Below are positions 1 to 9,383 of a DNA stretch of 20,000 nucleotides, piece after piece. Every line of letters begins with the position of its first letter. Positions within the stretch are counted from its first letter, which is position 1. Below the pieces are notes generated by a model. The model ran no database searches. It saw only the letters and a program-made list of their open reading frames with translations, and had not been told where the DNA came from. Source of the DNA: Malacoraja senta (taxonomy: Eukaryota); contig JAXLNO010000305.1 of NCBI GenBank assembly GCA_038087875.1, positions 106,387 through 126,386 of the forward strand. The letters are read 5' to 3'. The position numbers were made by a program, and so were the translations under genes.

Positions 1-1
1 T

Positions 2-757
2 AGACAATCCTTCCAGTTTTAAAAAGAAAGTTAGTGGAGAATGGTCTGAAATTGAATTTGTATGGTATATTGCATTAGATGTTTGGGGGATTAATTTTGT
101 ATCCAGCAGAAAGTAGTCTATACGTGAGTATGTCTTATGTACCATTGAGTAAAACGAATATTCCCTGCCAGTTGGATTCACAATTCTCCAAACATCTGCT
201 ATATTAGTGTTATTTACGTAGGTATTGAGGAGTTCCCCAGTTTTCGATTTCATATTCCCTCTCTGTTTTTGACTTGATTTATCTAAGTACGGATCTAAAA
301 CACAGTTAAAGTCTCCGCCTATTATAACATTTTGATAGTTTGACTCTGCAATTATATTGAAGATTTTATTGAAAAAGTGGGGGTTATCAAAGTTAGGGGC
401 ATATATATTTACCAAAGTAAGTGGAGTGTCATGGATTTCTCCATTAACTATTAGGTATCTCCCTTCTATATCTGTTATAATATTCTTTGCTTTAAATGGT
501 ATACCTTTTCTTATGATAATTGACGTGCCTCTAGATTTTGAAGTGAATGAAGAGTGGTATGTTTGACCTATCCATTTCGCCCTCAGCCTAACTTGGTCCT
601 GAGGTTTTAGGTGTGTTTCTTGTAGGAAGGTAATGTCAGAATTATACATTTTTAGCTGAGCTAATATCTTACCCCTTTTGATAGGTTCGTTAATACCTCT
701 TATATTCCAACTACAAAATGAGATTCCTCCTAGGTTCTTTTGTGTGGTGTCATGCAT
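2..757 (-). CDS. L1 ORF2 N-terminus: apurinic-like (APE) endonuclease domain, partial (continues beyond window start)
   Basis: Manual translation from ATG 757: MHDTTQKNLGGISFCSWNIRG...FLQETH...VNIYAPN...GGDFN...YSRIDYFL...SDHSP, with no stop seen. These are the canonical APE motifs. It is missing from the ORF track because it has no stop inside the window. Confidence 0.95.
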   Translation of the reverse strand, partial: MHDTTQKNLGGISFCSWNIRGINEPIKRGKILAQLKMYNSDITFLQETHLKPQDQVRLRAKWIGQTYHSSFTSKSRGTSIIIRKGIPFKAKNIITDIEGRYLIVNGEIHDTPLTLVNIYAPNFDNPHFFNKIFNIIAESNYQNVIIGGDFNCVLDPYLDKSSQKQRGNMKSKTGELLNTYVNNTNIADVWRIVNPTGREYSFYSMVHKTYSRIDYFLLDTKLIPQTSNAIYHTNSISDHSPLTFFLKLEGLS

Positions 758-1568
758 TTTGAATAATTATAGTACCTTTGAATCTTGTGGTGCGTCCATG
801 TCCCAGGTCTTTAGGTATTGGGGGAGTTTTTGAATTATTAACTTTTGTTGGTTTGTCCATATTACTCTTATCACTAAACACAAAACACAAACAAGTGATT
901 TTATGTGATAAAAAAAAAACTAAAAAAGTGAGGCTACAGTGTCTATAGTCGGCACTGTAGCGAGTGACCCACCTGTAGGTGGGAAAAAACCTTATTTTGA
1001 CTTCCATTGCGTTGTTACTCAACTAGCTCCGCTCTCTTAGTTAATCATAACATATTAAAATATTAAAACGAGGCCTCACATTCAGATGTATAATACAATT
1101 TTACCCTGATATTTCCTTATAACATATATATATATCAGAGTTTAATTATTAAACCAATATTTTTGATTTCAATAAGAATCAACTGTTGGTTGAAGGGGTT
1201 AACGAGACGTGCTCCTGGACATAAGCCAGGAGCTCGTTTCTCATCCCTTCCTCCCGCTTATAGACAAGGTTACAATTTATTAAAAATTCATATTAGTATG
1301 TTAGTTCATTATTTTTATTTTTTATTTTTTTTGTTAGTATTCTAATCTAACCTGCATAACTTTTAAAGTTGTTAATAGGGTAAGTTCTTACAATTGGTTA
1401 TAACATTTTAATCAATAAGCAATTATTTTCTAATTCATATTCCAGCTGTAAAGCTGTTTACACGTTTTGAACAGAAAATGTCCTTGATTCAACATTCCAG
1501 AGATAACAGTGTAACTATCCCCAGACAAAACATAGCTGAGAATTATTCGGATCTGCCAAAGCTCCCTT

Positions 1569-2639
1569 TTATTTCTGTTTTTCAACAATCGTTTGGGCAT
1601 ATTTGAAAGCGTCTTCAGGCTTAACAAATGATTTTTCAAGACCATTAAAGGAAATACGCATTTTCGCGGGATAAAAAACCCCAAATCTGACCCCTTCTCT
1701 CCCTCTTAAAAGATCTTTAACCTTATCAAATTTGTTTCTTTTTTGCACAATTTCATGTGGGTAGTCCCTGAATATCTTAATAGTGTCCTTGTCCAGCCGC
1801 AATTGTACACCATATTTGATTTTACTCATAACGTATTCCAGTTCTGCAGTATCTCGAAATTTCACTATAATATGTCGTGGATAAGCTTTTCCCGCATCAG
1901 ATCTTTTTCCGAATCTTGGGACACGATGAGCCACTTCGATTTTCGGTTCCTTGGAAAGATTCAACAGTTGTTTCAGCAAGCCCATGGCAAATTCACGTAC
2001 CTGTTCCCCTTCTGCCCCCTCTGAAACACCAAGAATTCTCAGATTCTGGCGTCTAGAGCGAGCTTCCAGGTCCAGGCATTTGAATGAGACTTTCTCTAGT
2101 TGAGTCCCCATTTGTAGTGATGCTTGTTCGTTTTCTCGCCTCATTTGCTCATGTTCTTGCCTCAATTTCGCCATGTCTTCAACCAGTCGAGCCGTATTTT
2201 TCTCCAATTCCGTAATTGTGTGCATACTTGCAGCTACTGTTTCAAGTACAGCCGTGAACTTATCCGTAGTAATTACATCCATCTTATCCATTTTCTCTGA
2301 TAGTCCATCTTTCACCTCATCAATTCGTTTATTCATAATGTCCAGTAAATCCGTCATATTCTTCTGGTTACCAGCATTTAAATCCTTCATCATCTTCTCC
2401 ATTCCTTCCATCAATTTTGCCGAGTTTTCCTTCATTTCCTTCTTATCTTCCACCCTATTATCCGAGATCTCATCTTTCAAATTTTTCATTGATTTCTTCA
2501 AGTCATCAAAGTCTTTCTTAGATCTTGTATCCATTTCTGCAGCCACTTCAGAGACTTCAGAGGTAACTTCTGCCTCAAACTTTTTCGACAGCTTATTCAC
2601 AGCTCTCTGAGGGCTCACAGCTGGACTCAATTTACTCAT
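1569..2639 (-). CDS. L1 ORF1p (coiled-coil + RRM/CTD RNA-binding protein), 356 aa
   Basis: Long heptad-rich N-terminus, followed by DLEARSRRQNLRILGVSEG, EVAHR, PRHIIVKF, IFRDYP and YPAKM motifs typical of L1 ORF1. Confidence 0.95.
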   Translation of the reverse strand: MSKLSPAVSPQRAVNKLSKKFEAEVTSEVSEVAAEMDTRSKKDFDDLKKSMKNLKDEISDNRVEDKKEMKENSAKLMEGMEKMMKDLNAGNQKNMTDLLDIMNKRIDEVKDGLSEKMDKMDVITTDKFTAVLETVAASMHTITELEKNTARLVEDMAKLRQEHEQMRRENEQASLQMGTQLEKVSFKCLDLEARSRRQNLRILGVSEGAEGEQVREFAMGLLKQLLNLSKEPKIEVAHRVPRFGKRSDAGKAYPRHIIVKFRDTAELEYVMSKIKYGVQLRLDKDTIKIFRDYPHEIVQKRNKFDKVKDLLRGREGVRFGVFYPAKMRISFNGLEKSFVKPEDAFKYAQTIVEKQK

Positions 2640-3004
2640 TTAAAGGGCTTCAAACCACCGTTTAAAACATCGCGTTTAACGATGACGTCATCAGCGCGGT
2701 AACCAGAAGCTCCGGTAAGGTTTTTAAAAACAATCCCGATTTTCGGACCCGTTTTACACGATAAATCGTGAAGTTTTTCGAGAGAGGAGCTGGGTGCACG
2801 TCTGTTAGTCTAACATGACGCCACCCGAAGTCCACGAAGATCATTCTGTCCAATCATTGAACCTCCACTGTTTCATTCCTCTCCCATGCTCCCTCCCATT
2901 TTCTTTACATTTTTCACAATTAAAAATTGGTATTACCATTGGCTTCCAACTGAATCTGTCATGCAATGTTAGTCTTATTGAAGTAAAACTGGCTTACTGA
3001 GCAT

Positions 3005-3602
3005 TGTGGTGGATGGACAATATTCAGGCTGGATGTCTGTGACCAGCTTTCATTGGTCAAGACATTGAGTATAAAAGTCAGGAAGTCATGGTGCAGCTTT
3101 AAAGGACTTTGGTTAGGCTGCATTTGGAGTATTGTGCAGTTCTGGTTGCCCCATAAAAGGAAGTACTGGAAGTTTTGTAAAGGGTGCAGAGCAGAATGAT
3201 GCCTCGATTACGAGGTACTAGCTTATAGGGAGTGTTGGACAGACTTGGATTTTCTCTGGAATGGTGGACGGAGCAGGGAGACCTGTTAGAAGTATATGGG
3301 CAGTTAGAATCATTTCCCAGGATGGAAAAATCAAATCATAGAGGGCATAGGTTTAAGGTGAGAGGGGCATAGTTGAAAGATGTGCGAGGCACTTGTTTTC
3401 CCCTTTTGTGCGTGGTGGGTGCCAGGAGTGACGGTGGAGGCAGATACGATAGTGACATTTATGAGACCTTTGGATAGGCATATGGATATACAGGGAATGA
3501 AGGAGCATGGATTATGTGCAGGCAGATAAGAGTTGATCTTTTCATGTTCAACATAGACATTGTGAGCTGAAGGACTGTTCCTGTGCCATACTGTTCTATG
3601 TT
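3005..3602 (+). mobile_element. Degenerate CR1-type LINE 3' fragment
   Basis: Decayed CR1 ORF2 C-terminal sequence (ttggttaggctgcatttggagtattgtgcagttctgg; agagggcataggtttaagg) ending in a ctgttctatgtt tail. Confidence 0.8.
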
Positions 3603-3960
3603 GAATCTCTTAACTCTTTTTCCACCACCCTTACAGGCCTCTAGTGCCAGACCATTTGTGCCATAAACTGGACCTGATATTGGAGTATGCAGGTAGCCAA
3701 ATGAAGGGAGTGGATGGACTGTCAGTAAAAAAAACACATTTTGGAGATAGTGACCATTACTCCATATACTTAAAGAAAGGAATGGAATCAAGGCTTTAAA
3801 TTGAGGTAAGGTAAATTTTATTAACACAAGGGCAAAGGCAAAGGTAGATTGGGAGCATCTACTTGCATGCGTGTCTATATCTGCACAGTGTGAAGCAAAC
3901 AAAGAAGAAATAGTAAGAGTTCAAGGTCAAAATGTTTCTGTAAGGGTAAAAGGGAGGGGT

Positions 3961-4015
3961 AGACACAAATGCTGGAGAGAAGGAATGGGTGACGTTTCGG
4001 GTCGAGACCCTTCAG
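3961..4015. mobile_element. Short Penelope-like/hammerhead-bearing repeat, internally deleted copy, with ~13 bp TSD
   Basis: Homologous to 7826-7921. Flanked by AAAAGGGAGGGGT (3948-3960) and AAAAGAGAGGGGT (4016-4028). Confidence 0.8.
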
Positions 4016-4108
4016 AAAAGAGAGGGGTAACAAGTACAGAGAACCATGGATATCAAGAGCTGAATAACGAGAGAAAGGGAAACAAATAACTGAAAAACAC
4101 TAATGACT

Positions 4109-4159
4109 GTGGCGCAGCGGTAGAATTGCTGCCTTACAACGCCAGAGTCTCAGGTTCAA
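4109..4159 (+). mobile_element. tRNA-derived SINE head fragment (A box and truncated B box)
   Basis: GTGGCGCAGCGGTAG (A box) ... GGTTCAA (B box start). There is no complete cloverleaf. Confidence 0.7.
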
Positions 4160-4364
4160 CGGAAAGGCAGCAGGGAAAAGCCTGATAACACAGACTTATT
4201 AGCCTAACATCAATGGTAAGGAAAAATGTGGAAAAGATTCTGAGAGGTTAAATTTTCACTTGGAAAGGCAGGAACTAATCAGAGAGTCAACAGAGAAATA
4301 AAATTAAAATCTCAGGCACTTCTGTGACCTGTTTTCCTCCTATGTATTTTTAGATAAGAGTAAG

Positions 4365-5258
4365 GTAACATGCCACAATGACTACTGACCAGTGGCACTA
4401 ATGTCCATGGTGAAGTGTTTTGAGAGGTTGCTTATGGTGCATATCAACTTCGACAAGAACCTCGACCCATTATAATTTGCCTACCACCATAACAGGTCAA
4501 CAGAGGATACAGTCTTGCAGCACTGGACCACTTGGACAATAAAAACACATTTATCAGGCTGTTGTTCATAAACTACAGCTCAGCGTTCCAACATCATCAT
4601 CCCCTCCAAGCTGGTTAACAAGCTCACGGAACTGGGTCTCTGCCCATCCCTCTGTAACTGGATCCTCATCAACAGAACACAATCAATATGAATTGGCAGC
4701 AACACCCTCCTTGATAACCATCAGCAATGGAGCACCTCAAGGCTGTGTGCTCAGCCCCCTACTCTACTCACTCTATACCCATGACTGTGTAGGCAGACAC
4801 ATTTCCAGCTCCATCTTCAAATCCGCCGACGACACCACTGTTGTTGGACAAACTATGGACTATAAGTCAGAGTATAGGGTGGAGATCGATCGACTGACAA
4901 AATGGTGCCAAAACAACAACCTTGCTCTCAACGTCAGTAAAACCAAGGAACTGATTGTTGATTTTAAAAGTTAAAGGCTGAGGATCCACAAACCTGTCTT
5001 CATTTAAAAACTTTACATTGCTGGACGTGCATATTTCGGAAGATCTGTCCTGGACCCAGAACATCGATGTAATCATAAAGAAAGCTTATCTACTTCCCTA
5101 GACGACTAAGGAGATTTGGTATGTTAACAAATGCTCTCTTGAACTTCTATAGGTGTACAGTAGAGGGCATATTACTGGTTATATCGCGGCCTAGTTTGGC
5201 ATGCCCAGGAACAAAAGAAGATTGCAAAATGTAGTGAACAGGGTCCATCATGGGTATT
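4365..5258 (+). mobile_element. Rex1/Babar-type LINE reverse transcriptase fragment, pseudogenised
   Basis: NDY*PVAL..VKCFERL, FAY.HNRSTED, GAPQGCVLSPLLYSLYTHDC, K(S/F)ADDTTVVG and LNVSKTKELIVDF motifs, with frameshifts and stops. Confidence 0.88.
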
Positions 5259-5648
5259 GAGAGGGAGAAGGGTAAATCGGAGGTGTAAGTATTACAGTTG
5301 AACAAAGGGGTCTATGGGGCCATGAGGGAGGAGCTGGCCAAAGTTGACTGGAAAGATACCCTAGCAGGGATGACAGTGGAACAACAATGGCAGGTATTTC
5401 TGGGAAAAATACAGAAACAGGATCAGTTCATTCCAAAGAGGAAGAAAGATTCAAGGGGAGTAAGGGGCGGCCGTGGCGGACAAGGGAAGTCAGGGACAGT
5501 ATAAAAATAAAAGAGAAGTACAACATAGCAAAGATGAGTGGGAAGCCAGAGGATTGGGTAACGTTTAAAGAGCAACAGAAGATAACTAAAAAGGCAATAC
5601 AGGGAGAAAAGATGAGGTACAAAGATAAGCTAGCCAAGAATATAAAGG
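5259..5648 (+). mobile_element. CR1 ORF2 internal fragment (left part of a copy that resumes at ~6967)
   Basis: NKG.YGAMREELAKVDW...W.TFKEQQK...KLAKNIKE. The reading continues after the insertion as ..SFFRYVKRKK. Confidence 0.85.
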
Positions 5649-6202
5649 AGACAATAGACAATAGGTGCAGGAGTAGGCCATTCGGCCCTTCGAGCCAGCA
5701 CCGCCATTCAATGTGATCATGGCTGATCATCCCCAATCAGTACCCCGTTCCTGCCTTCTCCCCATCCCCTGACTCTGCTAATTTTAAGAGCCCTATCTAG
5801 CTCTCTCTTGAAAGCATCCAGAAAACCTGCCTCCACCGCCCGAGGCAGAGAATTCCACAGACTCACCACTCTCTGCGAGAAAAAGTGTTTCCTCGTCTCC
5901 ATTCTAAATGGCTTACTCCTTATTCTTAAACTGTGGCCCCTGGTTCTGGACTCCCCCAACATCGGGAACACGTTTCCTGCCTCTAGCGTGTCCAAACCCT
6001 TAACAATCTTATATGTTTCAATGAGATTCCCATTCTGAAAGGGACCTGTTAATCCTTACTCTTTGTTTCCTGTCTGCCAACCACTTCTCTATCCATGTCA
6101 GCACTCTACCCCCAATACCATGTGCCCTAATTTTGCCCACTAATCTCCTATGTGGGACCTTATCAAATGCTTTCTGAAAGTCCAGGTACACTACATCCAC
6201 TG

Positions 6203-6331
6203 TTAAAGAAGGAACTGCAGATGCTGGAAAATCGAAGGTACACAAAAATGCTGGAGAAACTCAGCGGGTGCAGCAGCATCTATGGAGCGAAGGAAATAGG
6301 CAACGTTTTGGGCCGAAACCCTTCTTCAGAC
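6203..6331. mobile_element. 129-bp Penelope-like/hammerhead-bearing repeat inserted into CR1, with perfect 16-bp TSD
   Basis: TACACTACATCCACTG at 6187-6202 and 6332-6347 duplicates the CR1 VDVV(Y) codons. Confidence 0.9.
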
Positions 6332-6897
6332 TACACTACATCCACTGGCTCTCCCTTGTCCATTTTCCTAGTTACATCTTCAAAAAATTCCAGAAGATTA
6401 GTCAAGAATGATTTCCCCTTCGTAAATCCATGCTGACTCGGACCGATCCTGTTACTTCTATCCAATTGTTCGGCTATCTCATCTTTTATAATAGACTCCA
6501 GAATCTTCCCCACCACCGATGTCAGGCTAACTGGTCTATAAATCCCTGTTTTCTCTCTCCCGCCTTTCTTAAAAGGTGGGATAACATTAGCTACCCTCCA
6601 ATCCACAGGAACTGATCCTGAGTCTATAGAACATTGGAAAATTATCACCAATGCATCCACGATTTCTAGAGCCACTTCCTTAAGTACCCTGGGATGCAGA
6701 CCATCAGTCTATCCAACACCATTTTCTGCCAAATGTGGATTTCCTTCAGTTCCTCCTTCACCCCAGATCCTCTGGCCACTACTATATCAGGAAGATTGTT
6801 TGTGTCCTCCTTAGTGAAGACAGATCCAAAGTACCTGTTCAACTCATCTGCCATTTCCTTGTTCCCCATAATAAATTCACCTTTTTCGGTCTTCAAG

Positions 6898-6967
6898 GGT
6901 CCAACTTTGGTCTTAACTAATTTTTTCCTCTTGGTCCAACTTTGGTTTTAACTAATTTTTTCCTCTT
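6898..6967. repeat. 35-bp tandem duplication at the CR1 5' junction
   Basis: ggtccaactttggtcttaactaattttttcctctt at 6898-6932 and 6933-6967, with 1 mismatch. Confidence 0.9.
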
Positions 6968-7192
6968 AGTAAAAGTTTAGTCAAAGCTTCTTTAGGTATG
7001 TGAAGAGGAAAAAATTAGTTAAGACCAAAGTTGGATCCTTGAAGACTGAAAAGGGTGAATTTATTATGGGGAACAAAGATATGGCAGTTGAACAGATACT
7101 TTGGATCCGTCTTCACTAAGGAGGACACAAACAATCTTCCTGATGTACTAGTGGCCAGAGGATCTGCAGTGACAGAGAAACTGAAGGAAATC
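6968..7192 (+). mobile_element. CR1 ORF2 fragment (right part of the 5259-5648 copy); inverted repeat of 6739-6932
   Basis: SFFRYVKRKKLVKTKVGSLKTEKGEFIMGNK...YFGSVFTKED. It is the reverse complement of the neighbouring minus-strand CR1. Confidence 0.88.
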
Positions 7193-7825
7193 TTCTTTTG
7201 AATAGACCAATATTATGCAAGGTCAACATGGTCAATACATTTGTTCCTTCTCAGCATTCTCAGCAAAAGAAAATTACACTTAAAATAAATCACCAGAAAA
7301 TTGAGAAATGATATTTGAGTTCTAATACAATTAATAATTCAAGAAGCACTTTTGTGCTTTTGCAGACATTTTGCAAAGACTTTCAACTCCAGGACAATGA
7401 AAACCCTAAAGTAACTAGACAGGGGTGCGTTTAATTTATTAAATATGGAAACAAAGTAACGTCATCCAGAATGAGGTGCAAAGATCTGAAGACCAACACC
7501 CCAGAGCAAAACACTGCAGGAAGAACAATTGGTCTCAGCCAGTAATAAGAGCTTGGAGTGAGATTTACCAAATGTTCAAAGAAACACATGCAAAATATTT
7601 TTATGGAATAAAGGAAAAGTTTAAAATCAAGTTTCAGAGAAAAAGGAGTATTTGATGGAATTCCAACCCCCAGGACCCAGATAGTTGACAGCACAGATGC
7701 CAATGAGAGATTAAATTTGATTTTTAAAAGGCCAGAAATGGCTGTATAGCATTAATACAGCCAGGAAAATATGAGGCCGGGGGGTTGAATACATTAAGCC
7801 TTTTTACAGAGACTATTTTCCTGCT

Positions 7826-7921
7826 GAAGATAGACACAGAATGCTGGAGCAACTGAGCGGGATAGGTAGCATCTCCGGAGAGAAGGAATAGGTGACGTTT
7901 CGGGTCGAGACCCTTCTTCAG
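7826..7921. mobile_element. 96-bp Penelope-like repeat with intact minimal hammerhead core (minus strand 7894-7921) and 11-bp TSD
   Basis: Minus strand reads CTGAAGA-A-GGGT-CTCG-ACCC-GAAA-CGTC. Flanks are ATTTTCCTGCT (7815-7825) and ATTTTACTGCT (7922-7932). Confidence 0.85.
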
Positions 7922-8286
7922 ATTTTACTGCTTTTGGTTAGTAATTACTATTAATCACAACACGAATTATTATTCTCTTGAATATTTAATAACAGCCGAT
8001 ATTGCATTTACGAACAGCAAAACCGAAAGATATAAATATACAATTTATGATTTTGTCCCAAAAGTACTCCACACACAGACACCCCGAACCATGAAAGCCT
8101 GATTTAGCTCTTATTGCTGTTCACATAACACTGCTAATGGTTGCTATAAATTGTTACCAATATTAATAAAGAACTAGCAAATTCTTTAATCGTTAGTTCT
8201 TACATTAAATAATCGTTAAACAGCACCATTCAATGCAAGGTGCAATTGGTGAAAATACAAACCTCGGGTAGACTGAACTGGGCCTC

Positions 8287-8300
8287 GTTTCCTTGGCAAC
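8287..8300. promoter_or_regulatory. RFX X-box motif in a probable bidirectional promoter
   Basis: GTTTCCTTGGCAAC matches the palindromic X-box consensus GTTNCC-NN-GGNAAC. It lies ~260 bp upstream of the pigx ATG. Confidence 0.7.
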
Positions 8301-8489
8301 CACGCCTTTCTGGGAGCTTTCTGAGACAAGGTGCCTGAAAAAATGAAACGTTCGAAGATCGCATTACGTCTATTTTCACAGACCATTAAGTCGGCTAAAA
8401 AAGAATTGACATAATCATGGGTTTACCTTCTAGAAATGAACAAGAAATTAATTGAAAATGATTTGATTGAAATGCTCTCAGGCAAAGAT

Positions 8490-8557
8490 CAGGACAGCTG
8501 CGCGTTCAGGCCCTCTGCTGAGGCGGACCAAAGATACTAGAGGGGGCGGACGATGCG
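8490..8557 (+). promoter_or_regulatory. CpG-containing proximal promoter/5'UTR of pigx with GC box
   Basis: Local GC/CpG enrichment, with GGGGGCGGA (Sp/KLF box) at 8542-8550 immediately upstream of the ATG. Confidence 0.5.
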
Positions 8558-8639
8558 ATGGATGTGCGTGGGGCGGCGGCGTTGCTCTATGATCTTTGGT
8601 TGCTGCTGGTCGCATGTGGCTGCATGGGTGTTGCTCAGG
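8558..8639 (+). CDS. pigx: PIG-X (GPI mannosyltransferase I stabilising subunit) coding exon 1, signal peptide
   Basis: ATG in GCGATGG context. MDVRGAAALLYDLWLLLVACGCMGVAQ(G) is hydrophobic and signal-like. The donor G|GTAAGG at 8639/8640 is phase 1, matching the exon at 14347. Confidence 0.8.
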
Positions 8640-8737
8640 GTAAGGACATGAGAATGTTCTCGCCTTGGCTGATGGAGGGGGCTCGGCCTGCCGCCTGTAA
8701 TGAAATATGTTCTGGCGATCCCTGCATCCGTTGTCCT

Positions 8738-8894
8738 TGTGTAGGAAGGAACTGCAGATGCGGTTTACACCGAAGATAGACACAAAATGCTGGAGTAACT
8801 CAGTGGGACAGGCAGCATCTCTGGAGTGAAGGCATGGGTGACATTTCGGGTCGAGTCTGAAGAAGAATCTCGACGCGATAGGTGTCTATCTTCG
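8738..8894. mobile_element. Penelope-like repeat copy with an inverted, internally deleted second half
   Basis: 8738-8856 is homologous to the 6203 and 7826 copies. 8856-8894 is the opposite orientation (CTGAAGAAGAATCTCGAC...; GTGTCTATCTTCG 8882-8894 is the reverse complement of 8771-8783). Confidence 0.8.
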
Positions 8895-9383
8895 TTGTTC
8901 TTGGAGTTCGTTGTAATTGGAGTTCGTGCTTGCCGATCAGTCAGTGAATCTATCAATGGGGTGGGCTGACTAACTTGCTGCGCCTTCAATATTGCATGGT
9001 CGGCCTATGGTCCTGCTCGTGTATATTAAATGCTGGACATCTACATTTTAAATAACACTCTCGGGTTGTAAGGCCGCTGAGGAGAGATGTTTTGGTAGCT
9101 TAATCTGAACTGATTTGTAGATGCTATCCCACTTCCCAGGCATAAGAGATACCTACCAATTTCTAGTCTCGTAGCACAATTCCCAGATCAAGAGAACTAT
9201 GATGTGTGCTTTCTTCAGCAGTTCATTTAATAACGTGGAGTGGCAGGGGTTGAGTTGGAGGGTTAAATTTGAGGTGTAAATGGATAGGAGTGCTGGTGCA
9301 TGATTCCCAAAAGGTTAATTTGCATGTTGAATGGGGAGTAAGAAATGTTAATGTTAGCATTCGTTTCGGGAGGACTAGAATAT

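Larger units (their letters stand above)
1..2833 (-). mobile_element. L1 (LINE-1 clade) retrotransposon, 5' portion of an apparently full-length young copy: 5'UTR ~2640-2833, ORF1, ~810 bp inter-ORF spacer, ORF2 running off the window
   Basis: Uninterrupted ORF1 and ORF2-APE lie on the same strand. The short CpG-containing 5'UTR starts GGACTTCGGGTGGCG, which resembles fish L1 5' ends. The exact 5' boundary is an estimate because no TSD can be checked. Confidence 0.93.
3660..4292 (+). mobile_element. Old, heavily deleted CR1 ORF2 remnant (endonuclease end to RT start), interrupted by younger insertions
   Basis: Remnant motifs include HFGDSDH-like (cattttggagatagtgaccat) and K-P--YR-ISLTS-like (gaaaagcctgataacacagacttattagcctaacatca). 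Confidence 0.55.
5649..6967 (-). mobile_element. 5'-truncated CR1 LINE with intact 3' tail and an internal deletion removing the RT PQG/YADD core (junction ~6030)
   Basis: Minus-strand motifs DWRVANV, YRPVSLTSVVGK, QHGF, VYLDFQKAFDKVPH, then a jump to TRGHSLRI..FFSQRVV. Tail (CTATTGT)n at 5649-5662. Confidence 0.92.

Noticed and set aside
2173..2610. 145-aa hydrophobic S/F/I-rich + strand ORF
   Set aside because: It is the antisense of the K/E/M-rich coiled coil of L1 ORF1.
4109..4159. Possible tRNA gene
   Set aside because: Only an A box and a partial B box are present, with no acceptor stem or full cloverleaf. It fits a SINE head.
7431..7703. 90-aa minus-strand ORF as a candidate cep19 exon
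   Set aside because: No resemblance to CEP19 as I recall it (KKCGIRFQPP.., RIMPVRNF) and no convincing splice signals.
8640..8779. Cys-rich continuation of the 8558-8779 ORF as a small secreted peptide
   Set aside because: It reads through a strong GTAAGG donor into intron and repeat sequence. The spliced pigx model explains the ORF start better.
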